Source: Planctomyces sp.
Lineage (GTDB): Bacteria; Planctomycetota; Planctomycetia; Planctomycetales; Planctomycetaceae
Assembly: GCA_043750195.1 (NCBI GenBank)
Contig: JAYVCB010000163.1
Location: 1 to 53,928, forward strand
Direction of reading: 5' to 3'
DNA: 53,928 nucleotides
The notes below the pieces were generated by a model that saw only the letters and a program-made list of their open reading frames with translations, did not search any database and was not told where the DNA came from. The position numbers were made by a program, and so were the translations under genes. Positions 17,521 to 24,950 of this stretch are shown piece after piece (positions within the stretch are counted from its first letter, which is position 1; each line of letters opens with the position of its first letter).

Positions 17521-19164
17521 TCACCGTGCTGTCTCCAGCTTGCCGCGATAGAACTCCAACGCCTCACGGTACTCGGCCAGTTCGTCGTCGCTGAGCACGT
17601 CTTTGTTGCGAGCGAGTTCTTCTTCGCAGCGCTGGATGAGGTAGCGAACTTGGTCGCGACGAGGACGGATTGCCGATTCCTGGTACTCGACGAATGTCGG
17701 AGCGGAGTGGGCGAATCGAACGCGACCGTTCGGCAGCTTTTCGAAACACCGGATCGCAATCCAACACGACTCTTCGTGCATGAGTTGCTCGTCGACTTGC
17801 GTCACAAAATGACCGTCGTCGCGCCTCTTACCTTTCGGTTGGAACGATTTGTGAATTCGTCCATCGACCAACAAGTCAATTCGATCGAGTTCAAATTTGC
17901 TTTCAATCGAGCCGTGATAGGCGGCCACGTTAATCAGCCCGTTCGGCCGTCGCCGCATTGTGATTGCCGCACCCAGCGGGGTATTGCTCACTTTGAGTGC
18001 CAGCATCGGCCCAGTCGTTACGAAGCTGCGTCCCTCGCCGAGTCGCTGCTGCCAGAGTTCGGGAGTGAATTTCTCTTTGCCAAGATCGACATAGACTCGG
18101 CTGAAGCCAGCGGGGACCGGATGCACGCCGTTGGCAGTGCCGGCGGTCGGGCGCATGCGCAGGCCGCAGTTGAGCATCGCGTAGTATTGCTCCCAGCCGA
18201 AGTGCAGCCAGCCGAGTTCGGTGAAGCCATCGTTGTCGGTCTCGATGCGCGGGTTGTCGCGCCAGTTGTTTTCGATGGTCCAGGACTTGAACGCGAACTC
18301 GGTGCGCCAGATGTGATTGTTCGACAGCGGGTACAAGTCCGCCTTCATCACCGGCGCGATGATCGGCGTCCAGGCCCACGAATGCTTTTCGAGATCGAGC
18401 AACGCGTCTTGCTTGTGGGCCTCGTCGGCCACCGCCCTCAGCGGCGGAATCCCGATCTTTAGCGGTGCCTTCTGCCCGAGGATCAGTACCGCGCCGAGCG
18501 TGTGTCGCTTCTCGCCGACGGAGAAGATTTCGTACTCGGTGTTGAGCGGCACGATCGCGTGCGTCGGATCGGCGAAGATTGGATCGTTCGGGATCGTTTG
18601 CGGATCGACTCGGCCTTTCTCCGGCAGCGTGTGAGTCACCGTGACCCACTGCGACATCGGATAGACCATGTTGAGGTCTTCGGCCAGCACGACGTTCGAG
18701 AGTTCGGAGATGGGGCGATGCACGTGCGTGTCGCCGGAATACCAGCCTCGCTCAACCATGTTGATCCAGCGTTTGAGTTCGATCTTCACGTCGAGCGGCT
18801 GAGTGCCGACGTCGATCTCTTTCGTCGCGGTCAGGTACTCCTTGCCACGCTCGACAGTAAGCGTGTACTTGCCGGGCGGTAGCTCGACGACGAACGGATG
18901 AGCCGACAGCGTCGTGTGCTTCTCGATGCTCTTCTGGTCGCGTGCCTTGTCGTGGACGATGGCCGAGCCTTTCAGATCGGCCGACTTCGCGAAGAACCAT
19001 TTCGCTCCGTCCGCTGACTGGATGTAAAGCCGAGCCGGCAACAGTTGGCCGGAATCGGCGTCGCGAATTTCACCCTGCAAGGCTGCGGCAGGTAACTCGC
19101 CGGTGATCAACGGCAGCACAAAAGCCGTCAGACCGACGATCATCAACACACGCGCGAGTGACAT
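17521..19164 (-). CDS. CehA/McbA-family (PHP-like) metallohydrolase, secreted
   Basis: ORF trimmed to ATG 19164 (MSLARVLMIVGLTAFVLPL signal). Has an N-terminal beta-sandwich-like segment (GEIRDADSGQLLPARLYIQ) and then WYSGDTHVHR. Confidence 0.7.
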   Translation of the reverse strand: MSLARVLMIVGLTAFVLPLITGELPAAALQGEIRDADSGQLLPARLYIQSADGAKWFFAKSADLKGSAIVHDKARDQKSIEKHTTLSAHPFVVELPPGKYTLTVERGKEYLTATKEIDVGTQPLDVKIELKRWINMVERGWYSGDTHVHRPISELSNVVLAEDLNMVYPMSQWVTVTHTLPEKGRVDPQTIPNDPIFADPTHAIVPLNTEYEIFSVGEKRHTLGAVLILGQKAPLKIGIPPLRAVADEAHKQDALLDLEKHSWAWTPIIAPVMKADLYPLSNNHIWRTEFAFKSWTIENNWRDNPRIETDNDGFTELGWLHFGWEQYYAMLNCGLRMRPTAGTANGVHPVPAGFSRVYVDLGKEKFTPELWQQRLGEGRSFVTTGPMLALKVSNTPLGAAITMRRRPNGLINVAAYHGSIESKFELDRIDLLVDGRIHKSFQPKGKRRDDGHFVTQVDEQLMHEESCWIAIRCFEKLPNGRVRFAHSAPTFVEYQESAIRPRRDQVRYLIQRCEEELARNKDVLSDDELAEYREALEFYRGKLETAR

Positions 19165-19205
19165 TTGGAAACTCCAAAAACGTTTGGCCGGCAGGACGTC
19201 TCTAT

Positions 19206-19284
19206 TTTTCTCCCTCCATTTTGGCCAGCTCATTCAAGATCTTGATGTTGCTGGCGAAAAATGTGGGGCGGAAAATGAAGGCAG
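19206..19284. repeat. Imperfect palindrome of the gctggcggaaaatgaagg family
   Basis: ttttctccctccattttggccagc (19206-19229) versus gctggcgaaaaatgtggggcggaaaatgaaggcag (19250-19284). Related copies lie at 24810-24880 and 36032-36125. Confidence 0.7.
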
Positions 19285-19285
19285 A

Positions 19286-19804
19286 TCAATCGAGAGTTGG
19301 ATGAGAATGGCAATTCGATCGATACCATCGATAAGCGATGCGGAACGGCGGCGAGAATTGTTCGGGAGCACGTGCCAGCCAGTCGTCGATTTCAGTCAGT
19401 TCGTAAAACGCGCCGCCGGCGATCTCGCCGGGATCGAACTGCGGCGGCGTGTCGGTGATGGTGCGATAGAGGACCGTGAACTCGTTCGCCGTCTCCCGCC
19501 CGGCGGGAAAGTTGGCGAGCCGTTCGATCGGTGCCGTCAGGCCGAGTTCTTCCTGCAACTCGCGTGGTGCGGTCTCGTCGTAGTTTTCTCCCGCAGAGAC
19601 ATGTCCCGATGCGGATGACGTGTAACACAGCGGATACTCGTCCTTCGTCGCCGATCGCTGCTGCAACAGCAACCGGCCGCGTGAATCAAAGACGAAGATC
19701 GACACCGCTCGGTGGAAGAATTTCCGACGATGAACTTCGGATCGAGCCATCTGGCCGATCACTTGGTCTTGGTCATCAACGATGTCGAAGAGTTCTTCGG
19801 ACAT
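19286..19804 (-). CDS. NUDIX hydrolase
   Basis: 172 aa with a complete Nudix box, GHVSAGENYDETAPRELQEELGL (G-x5-E-x7-REUxEExGU). Confidence 0.9.
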   Translation of the reverse strand: MSEELFDIVDDQDQVIGQMARSEVHRRKFFHRAVSIFVFDSRGRLLLQQRSATKDEYPLCYTSSASGHVSAGENYDETAPRELQEELGLTAPIERLANFPAGRETANEFTVLYRTITDTPPQFDPGEIAGGAFYELTEIDDWLARAPEQFSPPFRIAYRWYRSNCHSHPTLD

Positions 19805-19876
19805 ATGAGTTCGCTCTTTGTGACCGCATTCATGCGGTCGAATGAAAAGGCCCCGATGAATCTGGGCACTACAGGG

Positions 19877-19996
19877 CTAGTAGCGCCTAACCGAAGGAAT
19901 CTCGATCGACGTCTTGAATGCGAGTCGCGGGAGCGACTCGCCTACGTAGCTCAGTCGCTCCTGCGACTGAGATTTCAATTCGTGAGACGCACTATG
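19877..19996 (+). mobile_element. 120-nt MITE-like palindromic element, copy 2
   Basis: ctagtagcgcctaaccgaaggaat...gaatgcgagtcgcgggagcgactcgcCTACGTAGctcagtcgctcctgcgactgagatttcaattcgtgagacgcactatg. The stop of the minus-strand nuclease gene (19992-19994) lies in its right terminus. Confidence 0.8.
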
Positions 19997-20390
19997 GCAC
20001 TTGGTCCAGCACGCTCGAATCGACGTAGATCGGCAAGTGAGGTTCGTAGTGGACGGCCAGAGCGACGGCGTCGCTGGGGCGGCTGTCGACTTCGACCAGG
20101 TTGCCCCCTTGGCGGATGCGCAGCTTGGCGAAGTAGGTGTGCTCGCGCAAGTCGTTGATGACGATGCTTTCGATTTCGCCGCCCAGGGCCGCGACGGTGG
20201 CCTTGAGTAAGTCGTGAGTCAGCGGGCGCTGCGGGTATTCCTTTTTGACGCGACGGTCGATGCTGGTGGCCTCAAACAGGCCAATCAAGATCGGCAGCAT
20301 TCGCTCGCCATCGACCGCACGCAGGTAGATCACCTGCTGGTCGCTGACTTCACTAATCATGATGCGGGCAAGTTCCATCGGCACGAGCAC
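19992..20390 (-). CDS. Bifunctional nuclease family protein (DUF151/BFN)
   Basis: 132 aa with LPILIGLFEATSI, RPLTHDLL and SRPSDAVALA, typical of DUF151. The GTG 20390 start is uncertain; an ATG lies at 20378. Confidence 0.85.
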   Translation of the reverse strand: MLVPMELARIMISEVSDQQVIYLRAVDGERMLPILIGLFEATSIDRRVKKEYPQRPLTHDLLKATVAALGGEIESIVINDLREHTYFAKLRIRQGGNLVEVDSRPSDAVALAVHYEPHLPIYVDSSVLDQVP

Positions 20391-20617
20391 GGGACACCTC
20401 TTGTGAATAGGTCAGCCGGCAAGATGCTTCCGGCGAGTTCGCGGGATTATAGGAGTCGCCTCACGAACGCGGCAGCGTCTTGCCTTGAGCAATCAAAGCG
20501 GTCCCGATCCATTGACTGCCCGACTGATTGCCCGACCCCCGAACGACCGCTAGAGTCTGCCCTCCTCGCTGTGAGGAATGGATTCGACACAACCAGCATT
20601 CGGAGTTTGGTGTCTTC

Positions 20618-21679
20618 ATGAGCGACGACCGAGCGGCGATCGAGGCGGCAGCGGGGGATTCCATCGAGAAACTGAGCCAGGGATACCGGAAAATCCGCGA
20701 GCAGATGGCGCAGGTCATCGTCGGCCAGAATGAAGTCATCGACCAGTTATTGATCGCCATGTTCAGCCGCGGGCATTGCTTGCTGGAAGGGGTGCCGGGA
20801 CTCGCCAAGACGTTGATGATCAGCACGCTGGCCCGCTGCTTGTCGATGTCGTTTGCTCGCATCCAATTCACACCCGACTTGATGCCCGCCGACATCACCG
20901 GCACCGAGGTTTTGCAAGAAAACAAAAGCACCGGCCAGCGCGAGTTTCGCTTCATCACCGGCCCGCTGTTCCACAACGTCATCCTGGCCGACGAAATCAA
21001 CCGCACACCCCCGAAGACTCAAGCCGCGTTGCTGGAAGCGATGCAGGAACGCCAAGTCACCGTCGGTCAAACGCGGCACATCTTGGCGGACCCGTTCTTC
21101 GTGCTCGCCACGCAGAATCCCATCGAGCAGGAAGGGACGTATGCGCTGCCGGAAGCTCAGCAAGACCGCTTCATGTTCAAGGTCCACGTCGGCTATCCGA
21201 ACTTCGCTGAAGAAAAGCAAATCGCCAAGCAGACGACCGGCATCCACAACGACGCCGTTGAAGCCGTCCTCGACGACGATGACATCATCGAACTGCAACG
21301 CATCGTCCGCCAAGTGCCGGTGACCGACCACGTCGTCGAATACGCTCTCGCACTCGCACGTCAAACGCGAGTCCGTCAAGACGGCACGCCCGCCTTCATC
21401 AACGAATGGCTGAGCTGGGGAGCCGGCCCGCGCGCCGTCCAATACTTGCTGCTCGGCGGCAAGACCCGAGCATTGCTCAGCGGCCGCACGCACGTCAGCA
21501 CCGACGACATCATCGAGATGGCCAAACCAGTCCTCCGCCACCGCATCGTCCTCAACTTCGCCGCCGAATCCGAAGGCATCACCCCCGACCACGTCATCGA
21601 CAAGCTGATCGCATCGACCCCGGCCAAAGAAGGCGAACTCTCTCGCGACCCCCGCTTCCAAAAAATCTTCGCGGCGTGA
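20618..21679 (+). CDS. MoxR-family AAA+ ATPase
   Basis: ORF trimmed to ATG 20618. Contains Walker A GVPGLAKT, Walker B ILADEINR and [14 protein letters not shown]. Confidence 0.93.
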   Translation: MSDDRAAIEAAAGDSIEKLSQGYRKIREQMAQVIVGQNEVIDQLLIAMFSRGHCLLEGVPGLAKTLMISTLARCLSMSFARIQFTPDLMPADITGTEVLQENKSTGQREFRFITGPLFHNVILADEINRTPPKTQAALLEAMQERQVTVGQTRHILADPFFVLATQNPIEQEGTYALPEAQQDRFMFKVHVGYPNFAEEKQIAKQTTGIHNDAVEAVLDDDDIIELQRIVRQVPVTDHVVEYALALARQTRVRQDGTPAFINEWLSWGAGPRAVQYLLLGGKTRALLSGRTHVSTDDIIEMAKPVLRHRIVLNFAAESEGITPDHVIDKLIASTPAKEGELSRDPRFQKIFAA

Positions 21680-21779
21680 AGCGATCCGTCATGAGCTTGG
21701 CCAGCATCAGAAAGTCGTGTCGCGCGGTTTCGTTTCATTGGTAGGGCGTGCGATCGTTCTTGTGAGCGGAGGTCTGACC

Positions 21780-23036
21780 ATGAAAGCGAATTGGTTTTGC
21801 CGTGGCATCGTCGTGCTTGTGTTCTGTGTGTTGCGCAGTCCCGTTGATGCCGAGGAGCTTGGATTTCCGAAGGGCTGCGTTGAACTACAAAAAGTGCCGT
21901 CAGAATCACAAATCGTGTTCGATGACACATTTTCGAGCAGGGACTCCATCCTGTTCCGTCTGTTTCGGACATCGGGGACGTTCGTGGCTTGGGACACGGA
22001 TACCGGGAAATGGCTGGCGAGGCGGTCGGCTCCCAATGCGCTCGCCCACGAGTGGCAGTTTTCTCCTGACGGAAAACTGCTGGCCGTGCCGGTTCATGGC
22101 TTCGCCAGGATCGTCCAGTTGTTTGAGGTCGGGGCAAAGGATCAACAGGGAGTGCCGCAGCTACGACTCATCACCGAATTGCAGACAAAACTGACTCCAC
22201 TCAAAAAGGGACAGCCGGATCCGAATCCACCCTGGATGCCATACCTAAAGGTCGCGTGGACTCCCGATAGCAAGACGTTGATCGTGCGATACAACTACCA
22301 CCGCAATACGACCGAGTCTCAAATCCTATTCTGGTCGTTCACCGATAAGCCGAGTGTCTTGGCTGACCCAAACGAGGACGATCAGGGAGCAAGAGCCTGG
22401 AAACCTTGGGCGAAGCTGGAATTTGAAGAGCTTGTGCAAATCGCGGTGTCGCCGGACAACCGAACGCTTGGGGTGATCGAACATTTTGTTCGCCCTCCCA
22501 ATGGATATTTCTTCGATCTTCAAACCGCCCAACAGCGCGAAAAATTCGACTTTGACCGAAACCGAGACCTGAAGAATCCGAACGTCGGCGATGCTGGGAA
22601 TTACATCCCACAGTTTTCCGCAGACAGCAAGACTTTGGCGGTTCATGGGCACCGTTACTTCACACTTTGGAACACGGATCCGCCAGCGCCACGAGTCAAC
22701 ATGCTTCGCCGAGACTTCAGCGAAATCATGGGAACCTCGCACGACTTCGCTTTCACTTCTGACAACCGATGGCTGCTGACGTGCAACATTGCTCGAAATG
22801 AAGAGTTTCTCCGCCGCAAAGGAGGAGTGCTGCAAGTTCGAGACGCGCAAACCGGAGACGTTCGCCACGAAGTGAGCTTCCCGGAACAGCTTGGTCTGCT
22901 GTACCGAATCAGCGACCTGCCTGACCATCGAGTGTTGCTTCGATTTTGGTCGCGCAAGGGATACCGCCAGTTCTTGTGGCACACCGACGACCTCCTCCGC
23001 TACGCTGTCGAACACGGCACGCCCCCGCCGCGTTGA
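21780..23036 (+). CDS. Secreted beta-propeller-like repeat protein, function unknown
   Basis: ORF trimmed to ATG 21780 (signal MKANWFCRGIVVLVFCVLRSPVDA). Repeats FSPDGKLLAV, WTPDSKTLIV, VSPDNRTLGV, FSADSKTLAV and FTSDNRWLL. GC looks somewhat lower than in the neighbours, from hand counts of a few lines. Confidence 0.6.
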   Translation: MKANWFCRGIVVLVFCVLRSPVDAEELGFPKGCVELQKVPSESQIVFDDTFSSRDSILFRLFRTSGTFVAWDTDTGKWLARRSAPNALAHEWQFSPDGKLLAVPVHGFARIVQLFEVGAKDQQGVPQLRLITELQTKLTPLKKGQPDPNPPWMPYLKVAWTPDSKTLIVRYNYHRNTTESQILFWSFTDKPSVLADPNEDDQGARAWKPWAKLEFEELVQIAVSPDNRTLGVIEHFVRPPNGYFFDLQTAQQREKFDFDRNRDLKNPNVGDAGNYIPQFSADSKTLAVHGHRYFTLWNTDPPAPRVNMLRRDFSEIMGTSHDFAFTSDNRWLLTCNIARNEEFLRRKGGVLQVRDAQTGDVRHEVSFPEQLGLLYRISDLPDHRVLLRFWSRKGYRQFLWHTDDLLRYAVEHGTPPPR

Positions 23037-23062
23037 GATTGATTTCGTGCATTGGTGAGAAC

Positions 23063-23653
23063 ATGCCACAAGTCGTCGTTCTTGGTGGATCGAACGGAGC
23101 CGGGAAGACCACCGCCTCACGCGCGGTGTTGCGGGATGTTTACCAGATCGGCACGTTCGTCAACGCGGACTTCATTGCTCAGGGATTGAATGGATTCGAT
23201 CCGGAAACTGTGGCCTTTCAAGCTGGCCGATTGATGCTCAAGCGTTTGAAAGAACTGACCGATGAGCAGCAGGATTTCGCGTTCGAGACGACATTGTCCG
23301 GGAAGGCATACGCAACTTGGCTGCGGAGATTGCGTGAGTCAGGCTATCGCGTCGCTTTGTTGTACTATTGGTTGGAATCCCCGGAACTCGCGATCGCGCG
23401 AGTCGCGAGCCGGGTGAGGCGTGGCGGTCATCATGTCCCCGCCGACACGATTCGCCAACGCTGGTCGAGAAGCGTCGAAAACTTGTTTCGACTCTATTTG
23501 CCATTGGCGGATGACTGGTCACTTTTCAACAATACGCACGATGGTGAGCCAAGGCTGATTGCCATCGGTCATGGCGCTTTTTCGCGTGACATCCACGATC
23601 CAAGCAGTTGGGAACTCCTGACGAAAGCCGCGAATCATGATCGACCGAGTTAA
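23063..23653 (+). CDS. Zeta-toxin/COG4185-like P-loop kinase-fold protein
   Basis: ORF trimmed to ATG 23063. Contains VVLGGSNGAGKTT (Walker A), FVNADFIAQGL, FAFETTLSG and RVRRGGHHVPADTIRQRW; 196 aa. Confidence 0.8.
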   Translation: MPQVVVLGGSNGAGKTTASRAVLRDVYQIGTFVNADFIAQGLNGFDPETVAFQAGRLMLKRLKELTDEQQDFAFETTLSGKAYATWLRRLRESGYRVALLYYWLESPELAIARVASRVRRGGHHVPADTIRQRWSRSVENLFRLYLPLADDWSLFNNTHDGEPRLIAIGHGAFSRDIHDPSSWELLTKAANHDRPS

Positions 23654-23849
23654 AAATCCTTCCGTTCCAGTTTCTTCCGAGGAACTCGAAGCCGCCGCGC
23701 AACGGGCGGCTCGAGAAGCCGTGCTCGAACATGCTCGGCTGGGATTTCCAGTTTGCGGGCTTGAGGATGGTCAAGTCCGTTGGTTCAGCCCGGCTGAAAC
23801 GCTGGCAAGACACGTTCGACCGACCCCGGAACCGCAGACGAACTCGTAA
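23637..23849 (+). CDS. Small ORF overlapping the 3' end of the zeta-like gene (candidate partner/antitoxin)
   Basis: 70 aa. Its ATG 23637 lies 17 nt inside the upstream gene, which suggests translational coupling. Acidic/helical N-terminus, then [17 protein letters not shown]. No family recognised with certainty. Confidence 0.45.
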   Translation: MIDRVKNPSVPVSSEELEAAAQRAAREAVLEHARLGFPVCGLEDGQVRWFSPAETLARHVRPTPEPQTNS

Positions 23850-23875
23850 AGCGACATCTCGAAAGGTTTGAGTTC

Positions 23876-24796
23876 GTGAAGTCTACTCACAAGCATCTGC
23901 GTCCCGAAGTCATCTCGCGTGTTGCTCGTTTGGAAATCCAAGCGCGGCAAATCGTCGAAGGTTTTTTGTCGGGCGGGCATCGCAGTCCGTACTTTGGGCA
24001 GTCGGTCGAGTTCGTGCAGCATCGCGAGTACGTCCCTGGTGACGACGTGCGGCGCATCGACTGGAAGGTGTGGTCGAAGACCGACAAGGTTTATGTGAAG
24101 CTCTACGAGGAAGACACGAACTTGCGGACGACGCTGATCGTGGACCTCAGCGAGTCGATGCGGTTCGGCAGCGGAGCGAGTCGTTCACCGCACGGGTTGG
24201 CGACGAAGTACGACTACGCCTGTACGACGGCCGCGACGCTGGCGCATTTGCTACTGCGGCAACAAGACTCGGTCGGGCTGGTGGCGTTCGACGAGGCGAT
24301 CCGCACGCAAATCCCGCCGCACACCAAACGATCGCATCTCAACGATATCTTGCTGGCCCTCGAAGCCGAAGAGCCGAAGCAGAAGACTGACATCTTCGAC
24401 GTGCTGCGCCACGTCGCCGAGGCTCAAGGCCGCCGAGGCATGATCGTGCTGATCTCTGATCTGCTCGTGCCGCGGCCGGGGCTGTTCAAAGGACTGAAAC
24501 TGCTGCGACATCGCGGCCACGACGTGCTCGTCTTTCATGTGCTCGACGACGAGGAACTCGACTTCAACTTCACCGGCACGACGAAGTTCGAGGGCATGGA
24601 AGAACTCGGCGACGTGCTCTGCGATCCGCGCTCGCTGCGCGACGGGTATCTCGCCGCGATGCACTCGTACTTGGACGAACTCCGCCGCTTCTGCGCTCAG
24701 CAAACCATCGACTACCGCACCATCCGCACTAGCGAGCACATCGACGCCGTCCTGCTGGCCTACATGCACCACCGCATCGGCATGGTCCGGCATTGA
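23876..24796 (+). CDS. DUF58 domain protein (MoxR-associated, vWA-like)
   Basis: 306 aa with a GTG start. Contains [33 protein letters not shown], the DUF58 hallmark. Confidence 0.9.
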   Translation: MKSTHKHLRPEVISRVARLEIQARQIVEGFLSGGHRSPYFGQSVEFVQHREYVPGDDVRRIDWKVWSKTDKVYVKLYEEDTNLRTTLIVDLSESMRFGSGASRSPHGLATKYDYACTTAATLAHLLLRQQDSVGLVAFDEAIRTQIPPHTKRSHLNDILLALEAEEPKQKTDIFDVLRHVAEAQGRRGMIVLISDLLVPRPGLFKGLKLLRHRGHDVLVFHVLDDEELDFNFTGTTKFEGMEELGDVLCDPRSLRDGYLAAMHSYLDELRRFCAQQTIDYRTIRTSEHIDAVLLAYMHHRIGMVRH

Positions 24797-24809
24797 GATT
24801 CTTGCGGCT

Positions 24810-24880
24810 CCATTTTCCGCCTTTCATTTTTCGCCAGCTCAAAAACAAGCTGGCGGAAAATGAAGGGCGAAAGATGATGG
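24810..24880. repeat. Imperfect palindrome of the gctggcggaaaatgaagggcgaaa family
   Basis: ccattttccgcctttcatttttcgccagc (24810-24838), loop, then agctggcggaaaatgaagggcgaaagatgatgg (24848-24880). Confidence 0.75.
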
Positions 24881-24950
24881 CGGATGTGGGCGAGGTTCAA
24901 ATATCTTGTCGCTGTTTGATGCGCGCGAAACCATCTTCGGAGGCGGAGAC

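Noticed and set aside
23063-23653. Reading the zeta-like protein as part of the MoxR/DUF58 system (a second ATPase subunit)
   Set aside because: It has a small kinase-fold P-loop architecture (COG4185/zeta-like), not AAA+. Together with the lower-GC neighbour it looks inserted rather than integral to the MoxR-DUF58 pair.
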